Origin: a virus
IMG/VR virus record: IMGVR_UViG_3300030103_004672
Coordinates: 1-64,000 of that record
DNA length: 64,000 nucleotides
Strand: one strand, 5' to 3'
Part shown: piece after piece, positions 1 through 10,951 of the stretch
Numbering within the stretch: the stretch's first letter is position 1
Layout of the letters: each line of letters opens with the position of its first letter
Translations under genes and position numbers: made by a program
Notes under the pieces: generated by a model
The model's input: only the letters and a program-made list of their open reading frames with translations
What the model was told of the DNA's origin: nothing
The model's database searches: none

Positions 1-620
1 AAAATATCTTTTTACACGAAGATGTTGTTGACTTCCCTACATCTGCAACAGCTGGATTTAACTTTCCATCATCTCTAACATCTCCTGCTGGAGCTCAGAC
101 GTTTGAATCTAGTCCATCGCTTGCGATAATCGATAGTGGTGCAGATTACTCTAGAAATGTAAAAACTAGTTTTGATACATTTGATCAATACCTATTAGGT
201 AAACAATCTTGTGGATCATATTTGTTTATAAGCTCAGATGATCATGAAAATATACAGGTTTCAGGAGACGCAACTACTTCTAAAAAGACAGTGGAGTTTG
301 GCAGCCAAAATTCACTAAATGTTCCATTGGTTTTCCAATATAGAATGACTGACTATAGTGGAGTTGGAACTGGAGGTTCTGGTAATATCGCAGGTGATAG
401 CACCGGTGCAACTACAAACCTGACTTATGCTAAGAAAATAGGATTTGATGTTTATCCTTCATTGAATGATGTATATCAGTTTGATATCGAGGTTTTTGCT
501 AAGTTCAGATCTGATAACCTAAACACTGATAGCTTCCCATCTGCTACTATTAATAATAGTTTAAATGATCTTGGTTCTACACTAAACTCTTTAGGTGCAG
601 GGTCTTTAAATGATGGTTAA
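1..620 (+). CDS. Partial (5'-truncated) virion structural protein, probably baseplate-associated
   Basis: The frame of the 222..620 ORF is open back to position 3. Ser/Thr/Gly/Asn-rich, and lies upstream of other large structural-type genes. Confidence 0.6.
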   Translation, partial: NIFLHEDVVDFPTSATAGFNFPSSLTSPAGAQTFESSPSLAIIDSGADYSRNVKTSFDTFDQYLLGKQSCGSYLFISSDDHENIQVSGDATTSKKTVEFGSQNSLNVPLVFQYRMTDYSGVGTGGSGNIAGDSTGATTNLTYAKKIGFDVYPSLNDVYQFDIEVFAKFRSDNLNTDSFPSATINNSLNDLGSTLNSLGAGSLNDG

Positions 621-636
621 ACTCAGTAGCACTGTC

Positions 637-645
637 GATAAATAA
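637..645 (+). promoter_or_regulatory. Putative late promoter GATAAATAA
   Basis: Matches the RATAWATAA motif that recurs in intergenic regions before structural genes. Confidence 0.6.
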
Positions 646-660
646 AAAAAATGTGCTTAC

Positions 661-3600
661 ATGGCGGTGCGTCTTCTAGATAAGACATCTTATAATATAC
701 TAAGGACAAATCCTAAGTTAACAACTAATATCAAGATTGTTACTGATCAGGAAAATGTATACTTAGAATCTTTTGATGCTAATGAACAACTTAGCAAAAA
801 GCGGTTTAAGTCATTCAAGGTTGATCCAGACCTTTCGACCTACGACAAGGATTTATATAGATTTTATGCAGATGGAGCGTTTCCATCAAATTTAGCATAC
901 CAAGTAAAAACCATTTTTTCTAGAACTTCAGTACTAGCTAATTACGGAGAACAATACGAGATGTTTTATGCATCTGGAACAAGATCTATAGGGTCTGAAG
1001 TTTACACCCAGGATTTGGGAATGTTAGCTCCTCTTTGGCTAGATGAGCAAATACCAGATTATTTCGTCATATTTAGACTAGACGACCCGGCTGCTGTCAA
1101 TAATCTAGATGCAGCAAATGCACTAGATGGCAAAGACGATGCACAAACTTCAGAAGATTTTACTAAAAATGTTTTAGAGAATTGCACAGCCATAAAAACA
1201 TTTGATCTAACAGTAAATTCACCAATTGGCAGGTATATTAGGAATTACAGATTTCAGAATGGTTTTCCAGAGGCTCCACTTACAGTATCATGGAGAAAGG
1301 ATGAGCCGATATTGTGGAATGGGATATCTCTTAAGAATGGAGGTTTTACAAGCGCCGGTGAATTTTCATACCAAGATTTGGTGACCAAAGACTCTACAAT
1401 ACTAGAGGAAGAGTTTTTTTACACTAAAGGATTTGAGAGAAATAAGGTTGTGTGCGCAAACCTGCTAAACCTAGAGTTCTTATTCTCAGATGACAATGCA
1501 GAAGATTATAGTTTAAACAGATATTTCGGGCTATATGTAAACAGTGAAGAGGAGGGATCTTTTGAATTAGATGGTGAAGCCTTCTATAAAGGAACAGAAT
1601 CATTACAAACACCTAAGATCAAATCTGTAAACGAGGTATCAGACAAATTAAATACAAAACTAGATCTACAAAACCCTAATGGCATTCTTTTATATGTAGA
1701 TCCCACAAGTGTAACAACCACAACAGGACTACCTACTAAAGACAGAGTTGACAGTGTAGATTCTATTTTCTATGTCAAGGACAAAGCGCATAACTTTCAT
1801 ACGATAAAAAAGGGATCTCTATACAAAAAGAATACTCTTAGGCTATTTGATAAAAAAGTAGATATCTCGCAGTTTACTGGCTATAAGATACCTGATACCT
1901 TTGCGGCTGCAAAACTTTTAAAAAACGAAGGAAAGTCTATATTTGAATTTTCTATTGATGGGGATATACCAATTGGATTGACAATAAAGTTCTTTGATGG
2001 AACTGATTTTGTTGGACAGGTATCTGCAGATGATTCAAAAACTAATGGTCCTGGAACTAATTTTGAAAATTTATTTAATCCTGATGGAGAACTTGCTGAT
2101 AAGGCAAGGGCTATCGTTAAGGCTATAAATCTAGGCATATCTAGAAATGAAAGGTTTTTTGAGGCATCATCTTCTGGAAATAAGGTTTATGTCAAGATGC
2201 TATTTTCAGGTGATAGATTTAATAGACACAAAGCCAGCATAAACTTTGACGCATATCCAGATGCTGATATATCTACAATACCAAGTTTAAATGAAGACAA
2301 TTCCTTTACTGCAAATTTCGTAGGCGGAAATAACTTTGAAAATGCAAGGTTAAGAGTAGAAGCTGGAGATCAAGATAGATTTACTCCAGGTAATTATGTA
2401 CAGTCCAAGGGCGGATTTGTTCAAATACAAGACTCAACTGCATATTTAGAGGATCCTATTTTAGATTCTGATAAAAACATAATTGGATATACAGGAAATG
2501 ACAGGTATCGTGTCATAACCCTGAAAGAGCCTGGTGCTAAAGTTTCAACATCAGGACAGGTTGCACTTTACCAAGATTTTAAACCTACATTTGGTAGGTT
2601 CTCGTTCTTTCCAGTAAAAGACTTTGATTTTGACTACTATGCTGAAGAATACAGCGACTTAGGAGAGCTTGATTTTGAACAGTTGCATTACAATGAAGAA
2701 AAGCCTGGTGTGTTACCTGTTCAATATGAAGGAATATCTACAAATCCTGATATACGAGACTTCTATAATAATGGTGGATTTTCAAATCTGTATGGATTAT
2801 TAGGCGAACCGAGCCCAGATGAAAACCTAGATACTAATATAGATTCAGAATATGATCGCCTCCAAGAAAACTTTTTAAAGCAGCAAGCTATAGCTTCAAG
2901 AATTGCACCATTCATAAATAAGTGGGCTTATTATCAAGATGGCCGAAATGTTAGAAACCAACCTTATAGACTTTCTTTGAGCTTGGCATTTGGCTTACAC
3001 GATTTTGCGCCTGGTAAAAGAGAGTTTGGACAAAAGCCAGTGGCATTTTCTCATGAATGGTATTACCTTTCTAAATTTCCATACTATTTTGGAGACAACG
3101 CAATACAAGAATCTTGGAGTTATTTTGATAAAGTACCGACAGATTCTATTGAAATAAACCCACTCCTAAATACTGATTACATACCTGGAACCTTTCAGGA
3201 TATAACACGTAATTATTTTGACGAATACTTTATTGCAGACAAATTTGTTGTTGATAACAAGATTCATATAATTGATAGACAGCTAAGATATGGTAGATTT
3301 AGAGGTGGAGATGCTAATAATTTTGCAGAAACATTTCTTCGGGGTATTAAGATAACTGCAAAACAAAAAGCATCAATAGAAGAGGAAGTAAACTTTAATG
3401 CTAATAAAATAGCTTACGTTAGAGATGGTAGTTTTAATGACTACAAGTTTTCGGCTATGATGGCTGTAAATGTTGCAGATAAAAGCAAGACTCAAATAAA
3501 GTTTATAAAAAATGAAAAATGGAAAACCATAGTGATGGTTGTTTTCCTATCATTTAAAGATTTTTGCCTTAATGCCAATGACCAATCTATTGACAGAACA

Positions 3601-5304
3601 ACTCTATATTCTGCAGAAAATAGGTTTGTGTACAATGAAGATACATGTGAACTTGATTTTAATACATCAAGCGACCTTCAGTTTAAAGATAACACAATGC
3701 AAGGTGCCATAAGTTTCCGTAAATCTGGAACAGGCCAAAACCCAGATCCTAGCAGAATACTAATAGTAGGACAAGAAGATATAAATGGGGTTCCAACGAA
3801 GTTTACAAGAGACATACGAGTTGGTTTAGATGGAAAGTTTACACCTATAAGGTTTACAGTTGATGGTGACATATATGAAATATCTGAGATAACTAGAGTT
3901 TTAACAGATGATAAATTGATATGTGATAAGGTAACTAAAAATGGTAATCCATACTTTGTACCAACGTTCGAGCCTAATAATATAGAACTTCGTAATGCAG
4001 AGTATACAATTATTGGTGGAGGATACAGAGAATATATTAGTTTACTAAGAGAAGTATCGTTTGCTGAAATATTTAGACTAGTCAACGCGGGATCGCCAGA
4101 CATTGAATACGAGACTATCGATGTTAATGGAAATCCTATTAGAAAAGCTAATGGAGAACGGGCACAGACGTTTACAATACAGTTTAGAGCACCTGACGAT
4201 ATTTTAAAATCAAATTACTTATCTGTAGTTCCAGATCCTGACAAGCCTACAATATTTAATTTAGTAGATGTCATTGGATTTAACTTAAGTTTACAACAAT
4301 CCCCTAATGTCACTCCTATAGCTAGGCATTCTGGTAAATATGAGCCTCTTGCAAGACCTGTGATATTTTATCAGGATCCATACATTGATATAGATTTTGA
4401 ACAGCCTACCACTGGAAGTGATACCGGGTCAACTGGTGGTAAAGTAGTGCCTGATGAAGCATATAAGCTAGCAGTGCTTAGCCAAATGCGTTACAAAAAT
4501 ACACAATTTAACCCAGATATTGCATTCTTCGGACAGCTTAGCAGATTCTTTTATCACAAAGTTAATGTAGAAGATCCATCATCAATACTAGAATTGTCTG
4601 ATAATGGAGCATTTCAAAGCCTTTATCCACTCGTGAATGAGGTGGCTATTAACTACAGAGACTTTTACATATTTTCTTCTAACTGGGAACCTGCTTATTT
4701 TAGAAAGAGCATTGATAAGAGTTCAACTGCGTCAATTATTGGAACTAGATCAATGGTAGAGAAGCCTTCATTCTTTGGATCGAAATATTTAAAAATACCA
4801 CAGCAAATAACTCTAGAAACATTTACACCAAGCGTTTTTGATCAAAATGCAATAGCTGATACCGGTCTAGTGAGTGGCACTTATATGTTCAACGAAAACG
4901 AAACGAGCATTGAGTTTTACCTTTTGATACAAAAGAGACTTATTGATGCTTTATTTGAACCGGTTAAAACTACATTTATAAAATACATCAAGCCTGGATT
5001 TAGTTTTGGAGACGAATCAACAATTGATGATGACGTTAGAGCATATATCACTAACAATTTGTTAAAGCTTTACAAGGTAGACGACATTGTATTATACGTA
5101 AAATCAGAAAGGACACAAGTGCCTAATAACTATACTACTGCTGAACTGTCAAATACAGATAAATCACTAGCTAATTTATCACCAACTGGTAATTTTGCAT
5201 CAAAAATACTTAATAATAACCCGTTTGATACAAGGCTAATATATAACAAAAGACTTGGCTTTAGTGAATCATTTGGATTCAGTGTCAGGATAATCAAAAA
5301 ATAA
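661..5304 (+). CDS. Large virion structural protein (baseplate wedge-like), 1547 aa
   Basis: Long ORF, rich in aromatic residues, Asp and Asn, with no enzyme motifs. Late promoter upstream; structural neighbourhood. Confidence 0.5.
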   Translation: MAVRLLDKTSYNILRTNPKLTTNIKIVTDQENVYLESFDANEQLSKKRFKSFKVDPDLSTYDKDLYRFYADGAFPSNLAYQVKTIFSRTSVLANYGEQYEMFYASGTRSIGSEVYTQDLGMLAPLWLDEQIPDYFVIFRLDDPAAVNNLDAANALDGKDDAQTSEDFTKNVLENCTAIKTFDLTVNSPIGRYIRNYRFQNGFPEAPLTVSWRKDEPILWNGISLKNGGFTSAGEFSYQDLVTKDSTILEEEFFYTKGFERNKVVCANLLNLEFLFSDDNAEDYSLNRYFGLYVNSEEEGSFELDGEAFYKGTESLQTPKIKSVNEVSDKLNTKLDLQNPNGILLYVDPTSVTTTTGLPTKDRVDSVDSIFYVKDKAHNFHTIKKGSLYKKNTLRLFDKKVDISQFTGYKIPDTFAAAKLLKNEGKSIFEFSIDGDIPIGLTIKFFDGTDFVGQVSADDSKTNGPGTNFENLFNPDGELADKARAIVKAINLGISRNERFFEASSSGNKVYVKMLFSGDRFNRHKASINFDAYPDADISTIPSLNEDNSFTANFVGGNNFENARLRVEAGDQDRFTPGNYVQSKGGFVQIQDSTAYLEDPILDSDKNIIGYTGNDRYRVITLKEPGAKVSTSGQVALYQDFKPTFGRFSFFPVKDFDFDYYAEEYSDLGELDFEQLHYNEEKPGVLPVQYEGISTNPDIRDFYNNGGFSNLYGLLGEPSPDENLDTNIDSEYDRLQENFLKQQAIASRIAPFINKWAYYQDGRNVRNQPYRLSLSLAFGLHDFAPGKREFGQKPVAFSHEWYYLSKFPYYFGDNAIQESWSYFDKVPTDSIEINPLLNTDYIPGTFQDITRNYFDEYFIADKFVVDNKIHIIDRQLRYGRFRGGDANNFAETFLRGIKITAKQKASIEEEVNFNANKIAYVRDGSFNDYKFSAMMAVNVADKSKTQIKFIKNEKWKTIVMVVFLSFKDFCLNANDQSIDRTTLYSAENRFVYNEDTCELDFNTSSDLQFKDNTMQGAISFRKSGTGQNPDPSRILIVGQEDINGVPTKFTRDIRVGLDGKFTPIRFTVDGDIYEISEITRVLTDDKLICDKVTKNGNPYFVPTFEPNNIELRNAEYTIIGGGYREYISLLREVSFAEIFRLVNAGSPDIEYETIDVNGNPIRKANGERAQTFTIQFRAPDDILKSNYLSVVPDPDKPTIFNLVDVIGFNLSLQQSPNVTPIARHSGKYEPLARPVIFYQDPYIDIDFEQPTTGSDTGSTGGKVVPDEAYKLAVLSQMRYKNTQFNPDIAFFGQLSRFFYHKVNVEDPSSILELSDNGAFQSLYPLVNEVAINYRDFYIFSSNWEPAYFRKSIDKSSTASIIGTRSMVEKPSFFGSKYLKIPQQITLETFTPSVFDQNAIADTGLVSGTYMFNENETSIEFYLLIQKRLIDALFEPVKTTFIKYIKPGFSFGDESTIDDDVRAYITNNLLKLYKVDDIVLYVKSERTQVPNNYTTAELSNTDKSLANLSPTGNFASKILNNNPFDTRLIYNKRLGFSESFGFSVRIIKK

Positions 5305-5309
5305 AAGTA

Positions 5310-7667
5310 ATGGCGATTACAATAAGAGAACTTTTAGCATCGGACACTATCTCCCAGGCTACGGATAAGATTAATTTTAATTTTGACCAATTACTTTTAA
5401 ATGGTGGAGGACCCGTTGGTCCTAGAGGAGTACAAGGACCTGTTGGTCCTATCGGAGGGCGTGGCGTCAGAGGTTCTCAATTCTTTGAAGATCCTGCCGG
5501 ATCTCCTGGCACGAACCCAAATACTTTAATATTTCCAGATGTTTTAGAAGGTGACAATTATTTGCAAGCAAATGGAACTGTTTGGAACTATAATGGCACA
5601 CAATGGATTGCAACTTCAGTAAATTTAACTGGACCGACCGGTCCACAAGGACCTGGTGGTGGATTCCTAAGATTTGGTGGGGCAACACCGGCTAATACTG
5701 GTAGTATAAACGACCAAAACGTAATTTATCCAGAGCCAATGCCTGAAGGTGCAGGCGGGTTAATTCCACCTGGAGCTAGTGCTGCAAATGAAGCAGTGCC
5801 TACACTAATGGTAGGTGGTGTAGTCTCTACAAGTCCTACACGAACAGGTGTCACTTATACAAATAGCCTTATTGGTGATAACATGGCAATGCGAATAGAT
5901 TCTTCTGTTACTTCTATGTTTGTTCACCAGATGGATTCTGCGGCAACATCTATAACTTTTATGGGTGGAAATTCAGGTGATGATTTTGAGCAAACTGATA
6001 TTAGCAAATTAGTTAATATGGGGCTTGAAGCTGACGACAAATTTTTCTTATTAGTTCCAAAAACTCCGACTACAAGAGCAACGCTGAACGATCTGACTGG
6101 ATTAACAATGGCTACAACCGACACAGGTCAAAGATTTAATTCAGGAAAGGACATTATTTTTGATACAGGAACTATTGCAACTAATTATGGAATAGCCGGA
6201 GAGAATAATTTCACAGTAAATGCTAATAGTACAAGTGGCAGTAATCAGCCCCAAATTGTTTTAAATGCATTCTTGCCAGCCAGTCAAGACCTTAGTTCTA
6301 GAATAATACTTGGATCTACTGGATCTGCACTTCCTGATTTTTCTGTACTAGGAGGCAATGCGCAAATAGCCGGATCGTTTATTTTTATGACTGCTAATGT
6401 TTCTAATTTTATAAGAAGCCAGCAAGCAACTACTATAGAGAGTACAAATACAAATGTAAATATAACTGCAAGCAATGGTGCAGCTGACATAGATGCACAA
6501 ACTGTAACTGTAGATTCTACACAAGGCACTACAATAACAAACACTGGGTCTGGTAGCATAACTATTGACAACAATAACGGAAATATTGTACTAGATAGCT
6601 CAGCCATACTTGATTTTAATGGAACTACTTTAGATGTAGATACGACAGCTGGTGCAAATATAACCAACAACGGCAGTGGTGATATAGTATTACAAAATAA
6701 TACTGGTGATATTCTTTTAACAAATAATGGAGCAAGTGGTGATATTACGTTAGATTCAAGAGACTTAAACGTTACCGCATCTAATATTGTTGACATAGAT
6801 GCCGATGCAGTGCAAATTGATTCACAAGCGGATATCGATATAACAACCAATTCTTCAGGAGACATAATCTTAACAAGTGCTAGTGACATTAAATTAGATG
6901 CAACTGCTATTTTAGATTTAGATGCTGCAACAATAGACATAGACTCGTCTGGAACCATAGCTATGAATTCTGTAACTAGTACTATTATCGGAGCTGCAAC
7001 GACTCTTGGCATTACAACAGGTGGTGCCATGACTGCTACGTCTAGCACCACTATTGGATTAACTTCTGGAGATGACTTTACAATAACTAGTTCATCTGGA
7101 AATCTGACCACAACATCTGATGAAGACACTACAATAAACGCCGGCCAGGATCTGACTTTATTCTCTGGAAGATATTTTGCTTTAAATTCATCTGGTGCAA
7201 CAACATCAGATTCCAACAATTTAAGGCACGACATATTAACAGCATACAACGCAATTGGTCAGTTAGGTAGTACGTCATCAAATCTATTACAACATGGTAG
7301 GCACGAATTTACCAGTGCACCGATTCTTGCCCAACCGCGTTTTGTAGGCTATAAGGCTTTATATAATAGAGTAGGTAATTGTATTACTGTTCATGGATTT
7401 TTTCAGATACCTGATGGTCAAGCTTCGGGAGTTTTAACAAATGACTTAGCTGTTCCCATAAGATCTTTATTCAACCCAATAACTAAAGCATATGGAACAG
7501 GCACTATTACAAATTCGTCCCAAAACTTTCTAGGGTCTGTTAGGATAGGCCAAACGAATGATACAGACTACGTACAATTTACATTTTGTCCAATTATTGG
7601 AGATGACTTCACAGGAGGCGGACCATTCAATGTAGAATTTTCATACCAATATATTATGGAAGGGTAA
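5310..7667 (+). CDS. Tail fibre/spike protein with short collagen-like segments and a beta-helix repeat region
   Basis: GPVGPRGVQGPVGPIGGRGVRG and GPTGPQGPG; about 300 aa of short I/V-x-I/L-D/T-S/A/N repeats; C-terminal RVGNxITVHG fibre-tip-like motif. Confidence 0.7.
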   Translation: MAITIRELLASDTISQATDKINFNFDQLLLNGGGPVGPRGVQGPVGPIGGRGVRGSQFFEDPAGSPGTNPNTLIFPDVLEGDNYLQANGTVWNYNGTQWIATSVNLTGPTGPQGPGGGFLRFGGATPANTGSINDQNVIYPEPMPEGAGGLIPPGASAANEAVPTLMVGGVVSTSPTRTGVTYTNSLIGDNMAMRIDSSVTSMFVHQMDSAATSITFMGGNSGDDFEQTDISKLVNMGLEADDKFFLLVPKTPTTRATLNDLTGLTMATTDTGQRFNSGKDIIFDTGTIATNYGIAGENNFTVNANSTSGSNQPQIVLNAFLPASQDLSSRIILGSTGSALPDFSVLGGNAQIAGSFIFMTANVSNFIRSQQATTIESTNTNVNITASNGAADIDAQTVTVDSTQGTTITNTGSGSITIDNNNGNIVLDSSAILDFNGTTLDVDTTAGANITNNGSGDIVLQNNTGDILLTNNGASGDITLDSRDLNVTASNIVDIDADAVQIDSQADIDITTNSSGDIILTSASDIKLDATAILDLDAATIDIDSSGTIAMNSVTSTIIGAATTLGITTGGAMTATSSTTIGLTSGDDFTITSSSGNLTTTSDEDTTINAGQDLTLFSGRYFALNSSGATTSDSNNLRHDILTAYNAIGQLGSTSSNLLQHGRHEFTSAPILAQPRFVGYKALYNRVGNCITVHGFFQIPDGQASGVLTNDLAVPIRSLFNPITKAYGTGTITNSSQNFLGSVRIGQTNDTDYVQFTFCPIIGDDFTGGGPFNVEFSYQYIMEG

Positions 7668-7676
7668 AAATAAATT

Positions 7677-7910
7677 ATGAATCAACAAGAAATAGAATTA
7701 TTAAAAAGTATGCTTGCAGTGTATAACACACTAAATGCAGAGTTTGATAAGATAGAAATGCAACTAAAAGATCTACAAGAAAAAAGAGATAGTTTATTTT
7801 CAAACCTAGAAGAGCTAAGAGTAAATGAAAATAACTTCTTAGCTCAGCTATCTGAAAAATACGGCTCTGATGCAGTTTCTGTAGATAGTCTAGCAAAATT
7901 ATTAACATGA
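7677..7910 (+). CDS. Small coiled-coil protein
   Basis: Heptad pattern; ATGA overlap with the next gene. Confidence 0.6.
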   Translation: MNQQEIELLKSMLAVYNTLNAEFDKIEMQLKDLQEKRDSLFSNLEELRVNENNFLAQLSEKYGSDAVSVDSLAKLLT

Positions 7911-8701
7911 AAAAGATATTTGAAAACTTAACACATCCCAGGGTTTTAACTTCAACTATGCTTTTAGTTGTTGTTGTTTTAATCATGATGAATTTGCAAC
8001 AATGTTATTCATCAAATGATTTAAAGAAGCAACACAAGAAAGAAGTTACTAGGCTTAAAAATAACCAACTAGCATTACAGGATACTATTGTAAACTATAA
8101 GGATGAGAATGGTATGATGAAAGCTTCTATTAGAGGCTACGAACTTAACTTAGATGAATTAGCAGAAGATCTAGAATTTGAAAAGTCTAAGCCGCCTAAG
8201 ACTGTAGTAGAATACAGAACAATAGTACAAGAGAAAATAGTCGAAGTGCCGACGACAATTGTTAAAAATGATACTGTTAAAATTATAGATGGTGTGCAAT
8301 ATGATTCATCAATCGTTATAAATGCAGATACTACATTCGAATCAAGCTCAAGATCTGTAACTGTAACCACGCCGTTTAGACTCGATTCTAATGGAATAGA
8401 CTTTGCATCAAGCACAATTGATTTAGAACAAAATATTTGGCTAAAGGCATCTGTATTGCAAGATCGCAAAACTAGAGAAGTTTGGGTTGATTTAGAAACT
8501 GATTATCCAGGAATCACATTTAATGATGCTAAGGGTGTTTTAGTTATGGAGGATGAAAACCTTAGAAAGTTTAGAATGCAGAATAGAAAAAACTTAGGAT
8601 TTGGGGTTAATGTCGGAGCGTTCTATGATCCATTTAGTAATAAATTTGTGCCAGGCATTGGTATTGGATTAAATTTCAGCCCAAGATGGCTACAATTTTA
8701 A
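7907..8701 (+). CDS. Membrane-anchored protein, spanin-like (N-terminal TM, coiled coil, C-terminal amphipathic beta-hairpin)
   Basis: Hydrophobic MLLVVVVLIMM followed by QQC; C-terminus LGFGVNVGAFY...PGIGIGLNFSPRWLQF. Confidence 0.5.
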   Translation: MKKIFENLTHPRVLTSTMLLVVVVLIMMNLQQCYSSNDLKKQHKKEVTRLKNNQLALQDTIVNYKDENGMMKASIRGYELNLDELAEDLEFEKSKPPKTVVEYRTIVQEKIVEVPTTIVKNDTVKIIDGVQYDSSIVINADTTFESSSRSVTVTTPFRLDSNGIDFASSTIDLEQNIWLKASVLQDRKTREVWVDLETDYPGITFNDAKGVLVMEDENLRKFRMQNRKNLGFGVNVGAFYDPFSNKFVPGIGIGLNFSPRWLQF

Positions 8702-8703
8702 AA

Positions 8704-8712
8704 GATAAATAA
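8704..8712 (+). promoter_or_regulatory. Putative late promoter GATAAATAA
   Basis: Recurrent motif, 4 nt before the ATG. Confidence 0.6.
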
Positions 8713-8716
8713 CCTA

Positions 8717-10126
8717 ATGGAGTCGTCTAGATTTTTTCAATTAACAAATGATATATTAGTAGAATACGTTTATGCTGATCAAAGCAATCCTACAACGTTT
8801 AATACTGCTGATTTTCCCATTGAGATAATGAGGGACTTGCATACTAATGGCTCTTATTTCTTCAATACTGATACTGTTGCTGCAACTATGGGCAACCACA
8901 CAGATATCTCTGCTGTATCAATAAACGCAGCAAGAACCGAATATGTTTCACTCAATACAAGTGTTGGTGTTCCATATAATGATGTTGATCCTAAGCTTAC
9001 TAATAGTAATCAATTACCACAGACCTTTTCACCAGATTTAGATATAGTTTACGAAAGGGTCAAAATACACTTTGCTTCTGGATTTAATTTTGACAATTTT
9101 GATGGAATAGTTTTTGAAATACTTGCTAACAGAAGAGACCAGGTTGTAATTAATCTTGCATCAATAAATTTTTATAGAACAGATACTCCAGGATTTAATC
9201 CAGATCCATTTCTTTTAACAGGTAGGCTCTATACAACATTTATTGAATTTAGAGTTCCAGCTCTATTCAATATGATTAATAACTTCAGATCAAATAATCC
9301 AAATTTGCTTAGTTATAAATTGACGGATGGTAAGGGCTTTGATTCAACTTCACCTATAACTATTAGAGCTGCTGGAATAAACACTACAACTACAGACAAT
9401 AGTTTTGATTTCTATGAAATGCGTGAAATCAATGCATACCCATTTTTGAATAGAGACGTCTTTGATAACTTAAGTGCAAGTGTAGTTGAATCTTCAGCTG
9501 GTGATTATTTTGAACTTACTGGACTAGTAACTAATTCATCTCTTTCTAATTTCATAGCACAGCTGAATACTACCGGTGGAGATTATATTGCAATACATGA
9601 AATAGAAGTAAGTGAGCAAATAGGAACTAGCTTTGTGAAGACTTCAGCTCAGATGTTTACACAACTTTCTGATTTTGATGATCCACAGTTATTTAGACCG
9701 ATCATATTAAATAGTGCAATAGCTGTTTCGTTTGCTATAAATTACACACTTCGTCTTTTTAACAGGGCAGACAGCACACAAATTATTAAGAAGGCACGCT
9801 TAACTTCATTTGATCCTAAGAAATATGGTAGAAGGCTTAATAAGATAAACCTCGGAACTGTTCCGACTGTAGCTAAAGTATACAATCAAATCGAACCCGA
9901 TAATGGCAAACAAATAGTGCTTGGTGGATCTGGTTCAACTGGATTAGCCTCAGACGTATTTGCTGGTAATGTAGTCATAAGAAATAGATACGTAACTACG
10001 TTTAGAGATCGTATTAATGTCGTGGCTTCAATGGCACCTACACAAGTAGAAACTATTACTGAAGAGGACCAAGGCGTTGTACAAAACTCGTTATCAGAAA
10101 CAAATACAAATAATACAACTACTTAA
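8717..10126 (+). CDS. Putative virion structural protein, 469 aa
   Basis: Late promoter upstream; beta-rich composition; structural neighbourhood. Confidence 0.45.
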   Translation: MESSRFFQLTNDILVEYVYADQSNPTTFNTADFPIEIMRDLHTNGSYFFNTDTVAATMGNHTDISAVSINAARTEYVSLNTSVGVPYNDVDPKLTNSNQLPQTFSPDLDIVYERVKIHFASGFNFDNFDGIVFEILANRRDQVVINLASINFYRTDTPGFNPDPFLLTGRLYTTFIEFRVPALFNMINNFRSNNPNLLSYKLTDGKGFDSTSPITIRAAGINTTTTDNSFDFYEMREINAYPFLNRDVFDNLSASVVESSAGDYFELTGLVTNSSLSNFIAQLNTTGGDYIAIHEIEVSEQIGTSFVKTSAQMFTQLSDFDDPQLFRPIILNSAIAVSFAINYTLRLFNRADSTQIIKKARLTSFDPKKYGRRLNKINLGTVPTVAKVYNQIEPDNGKQIVLGGSGSTGLASDVFAGNVVIRNRYVTTFRDRINVVASMAPTQVETITEEDQGVVQNSLSETNTNNTTT

Positions 10127-10948
10127 ATGGCTGAGATTAGAACTAACATACCATTGACTCCTAGACAAGCTGTTACTTATAAAAAGTTAAAAAATTTGTC
10201 AACAGATTCTGAGCCATTGCCACAAGGTGATGGTATTATACGCATTTCTCCTTTTGATGATTACGTTTCTTTCACATTATACGAAAAAAGAGATGGCGAG
10301 AATGTTCCAATTGATTTGTCTAATGTAGGATCTTTATACATTAGCTTTATTGGTGAGAATGATGAAATAAGGATTAAGAACTTTACTAATGCACAGGAGA
10401 TAGACTATGCAGGTGGTCAGGTTGTATTTAGAATTGATACGGAATCAAGCAAACGAATACTAGAATTAGATAACGATAACTTTTATATTTCTTCTGTTTA
10501 TGAAGATCCAAATGGAGATTCAGACGAAAGTGTTCTATATACCGGTAAATTCCTATCAATTACAGATGCGGCAGAGCAATCTCTCACATCTCAAATCAAT
10601 GAATTGAATTTACAATACACAAAAGAGATCGACACTTTACAGACAGAGAATGCTGCGTTGAGAAAGAAGGTAGAAGAGCTATCGCAAACTGTATCACAGC
10701 TAGAATCATCGCTTGGAAATTTAACTTCAGATAATAACCAGTTAGCTAACGAACTTAATGAGTTTGCAAAAAATAGTCCAAACTTCAGGGCTGCTAAGTT
10801 ACAAAAACAGGCTGCACAAAACGTGGCTATAGCTGATCAAAATAGAAAGCAAGCACAAACTGCCGGATTGTTGCAAGAACAGACTAAGGGTAAACCTACG
10901 AAGAAAAGAGCAGAAATTTTATCTAAAGGTCTAGAAAAATATTCATAA
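10127..10948 (+). CDS. Putative structural protein with C-terminal coiled coil
   Basis: Beta-rich N-terminal domain followed by a long heptad region. Confidence 0.45.
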   Translation: MAEIRTNIPLTPRQAVTYKKLKNLSTDSEPLPQGDGIIRISPFDDYVSFTLYEKRDGENVPIDLSNVGSLYISFIGENDEIRIKNFTNAQEIDYAGGQVVFRIDTESSKRILELDNDNFYISSVYEDPNGDSDESVLYTGKFLSITDAAEQSLTSQINELNLQYTKEIDTLQTENAALRKKVEELSQTVSQLESSLGNLTSDNNQLANELNEFAKNSPNFRAAKLQKQAAQNVAIADQNRKQAQTAGLLQEQTKGKPTKKRAEILSKGLEKYS

Positions 10949-10951
10949 TAG

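Noticed and set aside
6284-7249. 321-aa minus-strand ORF, and the many other antisense ORFs in the track
   Set aside because: These are shadows of plus-strand genes. The low-complexity Thr/Asp/Ile repeat codons lack antisense stops, and no motifs are present.
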